A stretch of DNA of 64,000 nucleotides from Polyangiales bacterium (GTDB lineage Bacteria > Myxococcota_A > Polyangia > Polyangiales > Polyangiaceae): positions 64,001-128,000 of the forward strand of contig JBBRLQ010000014.1 in the NCBI GenBank assembly GCA_038231275.1, written 5' to 3'. Every line of letters begins with the position of its first letter. Position 1 is the stretch's first letter. A program made the position numbers and the translations under genes. Shown piece by piece: positions 40,593 through 48,393 of this stretch. The notes beneath the pieces are model-generated. The model was not told where the DNA came from. It saw nothing but the letters and a program-made list of their open reading frames with translations, and ran no database searches.

Positions 40593-41021
40593 ATGCTCCT
40601 CCTCCTCGTCGCCGTTCCGCTCGTTTCGGTGTTCGTCGTGCTCGCGGCGTTGCACTTCTATTGGGCTGCGGGCGGGCAGTGGGGCGCGGCGGCGGCGGTG
40701 CCGGAGATCGCGCGCGCGCCAGCATTTCGGCCGGGCAAGCTGGCCACGGTGATCGTCGGCCTGCTCCTCGCGACGGCGGGCGGCCTCCTCGCGGTGGGCG
40801 CGGGGTTCTTCGCCATCGACGCGCTCCCGGCATGGATCGCGAGGAGCGGCGTGTGGACGATCGCGGCGGTGATGCTCGCGCGCTTCGTCGGTGACTTCCG
40901 GACGTTCGGCGTCATGAAGCGCGTCAAGGGCACGCGCTTCGCTCGGCTCGATACGGTCCTTTACGCGCCGCTATGCCTCGCGCTGTCGATGGGAAGCACG
41001 TTCGTCGCGCTCACGAAGTGA
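40593..41021 (+). CDS. DUF3995-like membrane protein
   Basis: LHFYWAAGG.WG, RFVGDF..FG, TRFARLDT.LY.PLCL. Confidence 0.8.
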   Translation: MLLLLVAVPLVSVFVVLAALHFYWAAGGQWGAAAAVPEIARAPAFRPGKLATVIVGLLLATAGGLLAVGAGFFAIDALPAWIARSGVWTIAAVMLARFVGDFRTFGVMKRVKGTRFARLDTVLYAPLCLALSMGSTFVALTK

Positions 41022-41027
41022 TGCGCG

Positions 41028-42680
41028 TCAGACGAGTCGATCGGCGAAGCTCCTCGTACCGGCGCCGCGCACCAGGCGATCGGCGATCGACTCGGCGACG
41101 GCGGCGATGGTGAGCGACGGGTTGGCGCCGAGCGCCGAGGGGACGATCGCCGCGTCGACGACGAAGAGGTTCGGGTTGCCGAACACCTCGCCGTTCGGAT
41201 CCACGACGCCGAGCCCCGCGTCGGACGCCTCGGCCATTCGGCACCCGCCGAGCGGATGCGCGGTGTTGACGGTGCCGTCTTTGCGATAGCCGTCGAGGAA
41301 CATCTCACCGCCGAGCGACTCGTAGATCCGGCGCATCGCGTCGATCGCCGCGGACCACCGGCGCTCCGTCGATGCGGCGGTCGATTGCCACGCGACCTCG
41401 ACCCCGTTTCCCCCGCGGCCGAGGCGCACCTCGCCCTCGCAACCGTCGAGCGCGAGGCAGCCCATCGTCAGAATGCGGCTGCCGAACGATTTGAGCGTCT
41501 GCTTGTACGCGCCGCCCCAATCGCGCGCACCGTCCTCGAGCGTCGTCGACGCGCGGCCGACCGCGCGCGGATCTTTGGCGCGGAGGAGCGTCGAGGGCTG
41601 CCCGAGGCTCAGGTAGAGCGGCGCCGCGTAGAAGGGGATGAGGATGAACTGGTGCTGCGTCCAGTAGCTCGGGCAGAAGCTCGACATGGGCTTGCCCTTG
41701 TGACCCTCGACCGCGAATTCGTAGTCTTTCCCGACGACGCCGGTGACGCCGTAGTCGCCGTTGCCGGAGACCTGCTTGCCGACCATGTTCGTGGGATCGA
41801 TCGCGCGGCGCTGCGCGAACGCGGGCTTCGTGCGTAGAAGCAGGCCTGACGAGCCCACCGCGCCGGCGGCGATGACGAGCATTTTGCACTCGATCTCGAA
41901 GCGCACCGACGGCGTGACGCGGCGATCGGTGCCCGAGACGACGTAGCCGTCCTTCGTTGGCAAGATCTGGTCGACGTCGCAGCCGCTCCAGAGCTCGACG
42001 CCCGCGCCTTTGGCGTCCGCGAGGTAGTTCTTCGTGAGGTTCTGGCGGCCGGAGAAGCGTTGCCCTTGGTTCCACCAGCCCTCGTTCGCGTCGTCCTCGT
42101 CGGCGAGCTTCAGGGGGACCGCGGTCGCGCCGATCTTGCGGCAGCCGTCGGCGAAGACGAAGTCGCGCTTGGTCGCGAGCTGCCAGTGCGGGACCTTCGC
42201 GTCGGTCCACGCGAGGCGGTGCACGTGGAGCATCGCCTCGACCTTTGTGTAATACGGCGAGAGCGACGCGCGGGAGTAGACCGAGGGCCAGAGCCTGCGG
42301 CCGTCGCGGACTTGCTCGAAGGCCTCGGTCGGCGCGCGGAGGCTGACGCCGTCGTACGCGTTCGAGCCGCCGCCGACGCCAAGCCCGGCGATGACGTTCA
42401 TGCTCGGCGTTCCGGATTTGAACGCGCCCGCGGTGTCGGTGAAGAGCTGCGCGACCTTTCCCGACGACTCGGGCGACAGCGAGTGCCGGAAGCGGTTGCC
42501 CTGCGCGTTGAGCGCGCCGCCGGTCGAGGCCGGATCGAACGCGCCGGTGTGGTCTTCGCCCTTCTCGAGCACGAGGATCTTCGCCGCGCCGCCCGTGAGC
42601 TTCGCGGCCTCGCCCAAGCGCGCGGCCATGACCGCGCCGCCGAAGCCCGAGCCGACGATGACGACATCGCGGAAGGCCAT
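41028..42680 (-). CDS. GMC oxidoreductase, cholesterol-oxidase-like, no signal peptide
   Basis: Starts MAFRDVVIVGSGFGG; GVGGGS, AAGAVGS, TAHPLGGC, GANPSLTI; TGATG coupling to the upstream gene. Confidence 0.9.
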   Translation of the reverse strand: MAFRDVVIVGSGFGGAVMAARLGEAAKLTGGAAKILVLEKGEDHTGAFDPASTGGALNAQGNRFRHSLSPESSGKVAQLFTDTAGAFKSGTPSMNVIAGLGVGGGSNAYDGVSLRAPTEAFEQVRDGRRLWPSVYSRASLSPYYTKVEAMLHVHRLAWTDAKVPHWQLATKRDFVFADGCRKIGATAVPLKLADEDDANEGWWNQGQRFSGRQNLTKNYLADAKGAGVELWSGCDVDQILPTKDGYVVSGTDRRVTPSVRFEIECKMLVIAAGAVGSSGLLLRTKPAFAQRRAIDPTNMVGKQVSGNGDYGVTGVVGKDYEFAVEGHKGKPMSSFCPSYWTQHQFILIPFYAAPLYLSLGQPSTLLRAKDPRAVGRASTTLEDGARDWGGAYKQTLKSFGSRILTMGCLALDGCEGEVRLGRGGNGVEVAWQSTAASTERRWSAAIDAMRRIYESLGGEMFLDGYRKDGTVNTAHPLGGCRMAEASDAGLGVVDPNGEVFGNPNLFVVDAAIVPSALGANPSLTIAAVAESIADRLVRGAGTRSFADRLV

Positions 42681-43468
42681 CAGAGGAGATCTCCGTTCGC
42701 GTCGAGGACGAGCGAAAGATCGTCGCCGGGCGTCGGCTCCGGCTCGCGGTTGTAGGTGTAGTCGTCGAGATCGCCGTTCGCGTCGAGCTGCTCGAGGCTC
42801 TCCGTCTTCGCATCGACGAGGCGCCCCTTTTTCGTGCGCGGGTAGCCGCTCACCGCGAGGCCGTCGGCAAAATTTTCGAACGCCGGAAATCCCACGTCGC
42901 GCAGCCCCGCGTCGCTCTGGACGGCGCCGAGGTACGCCGTCAAGCACGCCGCGCGCACGACGAGGAGCGCCGGCTTCTGCGCAGGGTCGGCGAACGCCTG
43001 GTCGACCGCGGCCTCTTGAAGCGCGCGCGGGAGATCGCGGAACGCCGTGAGCGGCTTCTGCACGAGGGCGGCCACGTCGAGCGCCGCGTTGAGCTGCGCG
43101 CGGAAGACGCCGTCGAGATCCTCGAGGCGCGTCATGACGGCATCGGAGAACGAGGGGAGGAGCCCTTGCGCCTGCGCAAGCGGCACGAAGCTCGCGACGC
43201 GCATCACGTGATCGACGCCCGCCTCGCGCGCACCGACCGAGGTGACCTTGCCGCTCGCGTCGCGCTCGGCGGGGAGAAGCACGTCGGCGAGCGCGTCGAG
43301 GTTGTCGGAGTAGCCGGCGCCCGCGGCATGTCCGCTCCCGGTCTCACCCGGCAACGTAGGGGACGGCGCCGTCGAGTCACTCGCGAACGTCGGACGGCAA
43401 CCCGCCGCGAAGAGACCAAGGCCCATCAAGGCCTCGAGCGCGCTTCGTCGGGTCATTCGCGGCGACAT
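42680..43468 (-). CDS. Tat-exported lipoprotein, gluconate 2-dehydrogenase subunit-3-like partner
   Basis: MTRRSALEALMGLGLFAAGC (twin-Arg plus lipobox); ALADVLLP...GAREAGV...F.DL.....E pattern. Confidence 0.65.
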   Translation of the reverse strand: MSPRMTRRSALEALMGLGLFAAGCRPTFASDSTAPSPTLPGETGSGHAAGAGYSDNLDALADVLLPAERDASGKVTSVGAREAGVDHVMRVASFVPLAQAQGLLPSFSDAVMTRLEDLDGVFRAQLNAALDVAALVQKPLTAFRDLPRALQEAAVDQAFADPAQKPALLVVRAACLTAYLGAVQSDAGLRDVGFPAFENFADGLAVSGYPRTKKGRLVDAKTESLEQLDANGDLDDYTYNREPEPTPGDDLSLVLDANGDLL

Positions 43469-43581
43469 GGTCCACGGAGGGGTAGCGCCTGGGCGGAAAG
43501 GCGTTACCGCGCTTTTTGGAAACGCCCGTTCTCCCAACGCTTCCGAGCGCTTCCGCGTCGGCAGCGCTAAACCCCTGCTCG

Positions 43582-45468
43582 ATGTCGGGCTTCTGCACAC
43601 CTTTCGCGCTCTTACGGGGGCTTGCGGCCCTCGGCGGGCTCGTCGCGGTCGCGGCGACGGCGTCGTGCGGCGATCGGAAGCCGGCCCCGGCGCCGCCGAG
43701 TGGGTACGAGGTGATCGTCGTCGGGTCCGGCGCGGGCGGCGGACCGCTCGCGGCGCGCCTCGCGCGTGCGGGCAAGCGCGTTCTCCTCCTCGAAGCAGGT
43801 CAGGACGTTGGCGGCAACGCGAAGTACGAGGTGCCCGCGATGCACGCGCTGTCGACGGAGGATCCGGCGATGGCGTGGTGGTACTTCGTCCGTCACCACG
43901 CCGATCCCGCGATCGACGCGACCGACTCGAAGATCACGTCGCAGGGCGTCCTCTATCCGCGCGGCAGCGCGCTCGGCGGCTCGACCGCGGTGAACGCGAT
44001 GGTCACCGTCCTGCCGTCGCGCTCCGACTGGGACCGCCTCGCCGCGCTCTCCGGCGATCGGTCGTTCCGCGCCGACGCGATGGACCCGTACTACGATCGC
44101 GTGCGCGAGTGGCTCGGCGTCGAGCTCGCCGATCCGGGCCTCGCCTCGGGCGATCGCAAGGTCGCCGGGTACCTCGGCGCCGCCGCGCAGACGTGGCGCG
44201 GACCGCTCGGCAGCGATGCCGGCGCGCCCGATTTCGTCGGGGCAGGCGCGAGCCTTGCGAGCGTCTATGCGCGCGATCTGAACGACGCGCTCCGCGGCGG
44301 CGAGACCGAGGGCCTCTACCGCCTCCCGCTCGCGACGAAGAACGGCGCGCGCAACGGCAGCCGCGAGAACATCCTCGCCACCGTCGCCGCCGGTTTCCCG
44401 CTCACGGTCGAGACCGGCGCGTTCGTCACGAAGGTCCTCTGGAGCACCGTCGCCGGCGCGCCCGTCGCGAAGGGTGTCGAATACGTCCGCGGCGCACACG
44501 TGTACGGCGCGAGCCTCTCGCCCGCGAAGGCCCCCGACGCGCGCGTCCAGGCGTTCGCCTCCGCCGAGGTCGTCCTCGCGGCCGGCGCGTTCAACTCGCC
44601 GCAGCTCCTGATGCTCTCTGGAGTCGGCGATCCGGCGAGCCTCCGCGAGAAGGGCATCGACGTCGTCGTCCCGCGGAGCGGCGTCGGTCAGAACCTACAG
44701 GATCGCTACGAAGCGCCGGTGGTCACCGAGTTCCGCGCGCCGATCGAGCTGCTCGCCGGCTGCGCGCTCGACGGACCGCCGGAGAAGGACGCCTGCTACG
44801 CCGACTGGCAGCGAGGCGAGGGCGTCTACAAAACACCGGGATTTCTCGCATCAATTCTCACGCGCTCGTCGGCGTCGCAGCCCCTCGCGGACCTTCAGGT
44901 GTTCGCCGTCCCGACCGACGCGCGCGGCTACTACCCGGGCTACTCGAAGGACAGCGCGGCCGCGAAGAACCGCTTCACGTGGCTCCTCCTCAAGGCCCAC
45001 TCGAAGAACCACGACGGCACCGTGCGCCTCGCCGACGCGAGCCCCTTCACGCGGCCGGAGATCGCGTTCAATTTCTTCGACGAGAAGAGCCCGCTCGCCG
45101 ATCCTGATCTGCTCGCCCTCGTCGAGGGCGTGAAGCTGGTGCGGCGCATCGAGGAGCAGATGCGCGCCGACGTGTCCGACGATCCGGTCGCCGAGGTGTG
45201 GCCGGGCGTGGGTGTGAAGACCGACGCCGATCTCGCGACGTGGATCCGCAAGGAGACCTGGGGTCACCACGCGTGCTGCACGGACAAGATGGGCGACGCG
45301 GGCGACGCCAGCGCGGTCGTGGACGCGCGCTTTCGTGTCATCGGCGCGCGCGGCCTCCGGGTCGTCGACGCGTCGGTGTTCCCGGAGATTCCTGGCACCT
45401 TCATCGCGCTGCCGACGTACATGCTCGCCGAGAAGGCCGCGGCCGTGATGCTGGAGGACCTCCGATGA
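43582..45468 (+). CDS. GMC oxidoreductase (choline dehydrogenase-like), lipoprotein
   Basis: VVGSGAGG, YPRGSALGGSTAVNAM, AAGAFNSPQLLMLSGVG, GQNLQD, WGHHACCT, LRVVDASVFP; lipobox TASC. Confidence 0.9.
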   Translation: MSGFCTPFALLRGLAALGGLVAVAATASCGDRKPAPAPPSGYEVIVVGSGAGGGPLAARLARAGKRVLLLEAGQDVGGNAKYEVPAMHALSTEDPAMAWWYFVRHHADPAIDATDSKITSQGVLYPRGSALGGSTAVNAMVTVLPSRSDWDRLAALSGDRSFRADAMDPYYDRVREWLGVELADPGLASGDRKVAGYLGAAAQTWRGPLGSDAGAPDFVGAGASLASVYARDLNDALRGGETEGLYRLPLATKNGARNGSRENILATVAAGFPLTVETGAFVTKVLWSTVAGAPVAKGVEYVRGAHVYGASLSPAKAPDARVQAFASAEVVLAAGAFNSPQLLMLSGVGDPASLREKGIDVVVPRSGVGQNLQDRYEAPVVTEFRAPIELLAGCALDGPPEKDACYADWQRGEGVYKTPGFLASILTRSSASQPLADLQVFAVPTDARGYYPGYSKDSAAAKNRFTWLLLKAHSKNHDGTVRLADASPFTRPEIAFNFFDEKSPLADPDLLALVEGVKLVRRIEEQMRADVSDDPVAEVWPGVGVKTDADLATWIRKETWGHHACCTDKMGDAGDASAVVDARFRVIGARGLRVVDASVFPEIPGTFIALPTYMLAEKAAAVMLEDLR

Positions 45469-46697
45469 TGCGCGGAGCCCTCCTCGTCGTCCTCGCCGGC
45501 GTCGCCCTCTCGAGCGGCGCGTGCGCGGCCGACGCGAGCACGTGCACGGGCCTCCGCGACAAGCTGCGCGCGTGCGGCTTCACGACGACCGATCAGGTCG
45601 ACTGCTCGCGCCTCGACACTCCGAGTGAGGAGGCGCTCCTCCAGCGCCTCGACGAGCGCGGCTGCGGCGGCGTGGCGGTAGGGGACTCGGATGCCGTCGA
45701 TCCGCGCGTGTGCGCGCTCGCCGGTTGGTCGTGCCCGGGTTCGCCGATTCCCGATCCCGGCCCCGCGCTCCCCAAAAACGCAGTCGTCCTCGTGAGCGGC
45801 ATTGACGGCTCGCCGACCTTCGACTGGAACCCCCGTATCCTCTCCACGCTCCGCACCGCGGGCGTCGACGCGCATCACGTGAAGGTCCTCCCGTGGGCGA
45901 CGACCGCCGATCGCGCCGCCGATCTCTGGGCGTCGCTCCAGTCGGTCCGCGCGCGCGGCGGCGCCAAGCTGAACCTCGTTTGCTACGCGGTCGGCGGAAT
46001 CGACTGCCGTTACGTCGCGAGCCCCAACGGCCTCATGAAGGGCGACGCCGCCGGATACCGCGAAATTACCGCGTCGATCGCGTCGATCACGACGATCTCG
46101 ACGCCGCACCACGGCACGCGTGTCGCCGACGCGACGCTCTCTGCGCTCCAGAGCGGCACCGCGGCCGACGTCCTCCAAGCGCTCGTCGGCGATCAGGCGC
46201 CGGCCGGCGTTCCGGCCAACGCCGCGCTCGTCTCGACGCTCGACGGTCTCACGTTGGACGCGCTCTCGGCGTTCAACCAGACGATCACCGACGCGCCGGG
46301 CATCCCGTACCAGTCGTGGGCGGGCGTCAGCCACGTCCTCGGCCGCTCGTCGACGGCCACGGACGACGCGATCAAGGCGCACTGCGTCGACGCGCACGGC
46401 GCCGTCTCGTACATGCGCCACGACGGCACGAACGATCTGATGAACGAGGCGCTCTGGATCACGTCGCCGTTCGCGAGCACGTCGCGCAACGATCAGGGTC
46501 GCGTCGTGTCGAGCCCCGCCGACGGCATGGTGTCGATCGAGAGCGCGAAGTGGGGCGAGTTCCGCGGCTGCATTCCCGCCGACCACTACGACGTCATCGG
46601 CCAAGTCGGCCACACCACGCGCGACGGCGTCACAGGCTTCGATGCGCCGCGCTTCTACCTGTGGCTCGCGGGCGACCTCGCGGCGAGGGGGCTCTGA
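45465..46697 (+). CDS. Lipase-fold lipoprotein lacking the catalytic Ser (pseudo-lipase)
   Basis: VLVSGI, NLVCYAVGGIDCRY (Ala at the nucleophile position), TISTPHHG, ADGMV, ADHYD; ATGA overlap with the GMC gene. Confidence 0.85.
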   Translation: MMRGALLVVLAGVALSSGACAADASTCTGLRDKLRACGFTTTDQVDCSRLDTPSEEALLQRLDERGCGGVAVGDSDAVDPRVCALAGWSCPGSPIPDPGPALPKNAVVLVSGIDGSPTFDWNPRILSTLRTAGVDAHHVKVLPWATTADRAADLWASLQSVRARGGAKLNLVCYAVGGIDCRYVASPNGLMKGDAAGYREITASIASITTISTPHHGTRVADATLSALQSGTAADVLQALVGDQAPAGVPANAALVSTLDGLTLDALSAFNQTITDAPGIPYQSWAGVSHVLGRSSTATDDAIKAHCVDAHGAVSYMRHDGTNDLMNEALWITSPFASTSRNDQGRVVSSPADGMVSIESAKWGEFRGCIPADHYDVIGQVGHTTRDGVTGFDAPRFYLWLAGDLAARGL

Positions 46698-47944
46698 TGC
46701 GCGCCACGCTCGCCCTCGTGACCCTCTTCGCGGCTGCGGTCGTCGCGCCCGCGTGCGCGCCGCAGGCGACGTCGCAAGATCGCTGCGGCGAGATGAAGCG
46801 CCAGCTCTCGGTGTGCGTCGGCAACGTCGTCGAACGCCTCGACTGCACGCGAATGACCGACGACGACATCGACCGCCTGTCCGCGGCGACGACCACCACG
46901 TCGTGCGCGCTCCTCCAGGACGCGCTTCCGATCGACGGCGATCCGCAGTCGGCCACCTGTCGCCTCATGGACGTGGGCTGCATCGGCGCGGTGACGCCGG
47001 CCGCCACCTTCGGCGCCGCGAAGTACCCCATCGTGCTGGTCAACGGAATCGACTCGTCGCCGCTCTTTCGCTACAGCGACCGAATCGTCAAGACGATGAG
47101 CAACGCGGGTGGGCACAAGGTCTTCCTCGCGACGCTTCCCGCCTACGAGACGCCGCAGGTCCGCGCGCCGCTCCTGCTGCAGCGCATCGTCGACGTGCGA
47201 CGCCAGACCGGCGCCAGTAAGGTGAACCTCGTCTGCCACTCGCTCGGCGGGCTCGATTGCCGCTACCTCGTGAGCCCCGGCGGCCTCGTCGCGGACACCG
47301 GCGTGGAGGCCGCGACGCACGTGGCGTCGATTACGACGGTCGCGACGGCGCACCGCGGGACGCGCGTAGCCGACGTGCTCCTGGATGTCGTGCCGGACGG
47401 CGATCGCGGCCGGATCGTGAACGACTTCGCGTCGCTCGTCGGCGACTGGTTCAGCGACAAGGCGCTGAAGGAAGACGCGCACCTCCGCGACGCCATCCGC
47501 GCGCTCACGACGTCGCAAGCCGCGGCCTTCAACGCCGAGATCGTCGACGCGGCGGGCATCTACTACCAGTCGTGGGCCGGTTACAGCCGCCCGTTCGGCC
47601 AGTCGACGCCCGATCACGACGCGCGCCTTCGCGAGCTCTGAGCCCCGAGCGATCCGGCGGACGGCGACGGCCTGCCCGGCTTCGGCGCGTCCGACTACAT
47701 GGCGCTGCCGCTCGTGCCCTTCGCGGACGTGATCGGCAAAGAGGATCCGACCAAGGCGATGCCCAACGACGGGCTCGCCGGCGTCGCGTCGACCCGCTGG
47801 GGAACCTTCCGCGGGTGCGTGCCGGCCGACCACATGGAGCAGCTCGGGCAGCGCAGCATCCCCGACGTCAACGTGCGCACGGGCTTCGACGTCGCGCGCT
47901 TCTACGCGAACGTCGCGGGCGATCTCCGCGCGAGGGGGTTCTGA
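46697..47944 (+). CDS. Triacylglycerol lipase-like lipoprotein interrupted by an in-frame TGA at 47639-47641 (readthrough/Sec candidate or pseudogene)
   Basis: YPIVLVNG, VCHSLGG, TAHRG before the TGA; NDGL, GCVPADH and FY..VA.DL.ARGF after it in the same frame; colinear with the upstream paralogue. Confidence 0.85.
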
Positions 47945-48369
47945 TGCGCCGCCTCGTCGCGCTCGTCGTCGTGCTCCTCGCCGGCGGCGCCGGGGGATGC
48001 GCCGAAGAGCCGCTCCCGACCGGCGACGACTGCCAGCAGGCGCGCGCCGTGTTCACCAAGTGCGGTGTCTCGCTACCGATCCTCACCGACGGCGCGTGCA
48101 CCGGCATGCAGCGCGTCGTCGCCCGGTGCGTCGCCCATCACGCGACCACCTGCGACGATCTCTCCACGCTCCTCGGCCGCATCGACGTCTGCGCGGCGGA
48201 CGCGCTCGATGGCGGCGATCTCGCGCCGGTCTCGGACCTTCCCGTTCCGCCCCCCGCCGACGCCGGGGCCGACACCGCCCTCGACGCGCCGCTGGCTCCC
48301 ATCGACGCCACTCCCTCCGTCTTCGTCGACGCCAACGTCGACTCCGCCGACGCGCGGACGACGGACTAG
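47944..48369 (+). CDS. Small Cys-rich lipoprotein
   Basis: MRRLVALVVVLLAGGAGGC; CX9C motif similar to the lipase N-termini; TGATG coupling. Confidence 0.75.
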   Translation: MRRLVALVVVLLAGGAGGCAEEPLPTGDDCQQARAVFTKCGVSLPILTDGACTGMQRVVARCVAHHATTCDDLSTLLGRIDVCAADALDGGDLAPVSDLPVPPPADAGADTALDAPLAPIDATPSVFVDANVDSADARTTD

Positions 48370-48393
48370 CCCCCTCCGGATCACGGTGCCCTC

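Noticed and set aside
47699..47944. Independent 81-aa gene (split-lipase model)
   Set aside because: No Shine-Dalgarno sequence before ATG 47699, and it is in frame and colinear with the lipase C-terminus; better explained as part of the TGA-interrupted gene.
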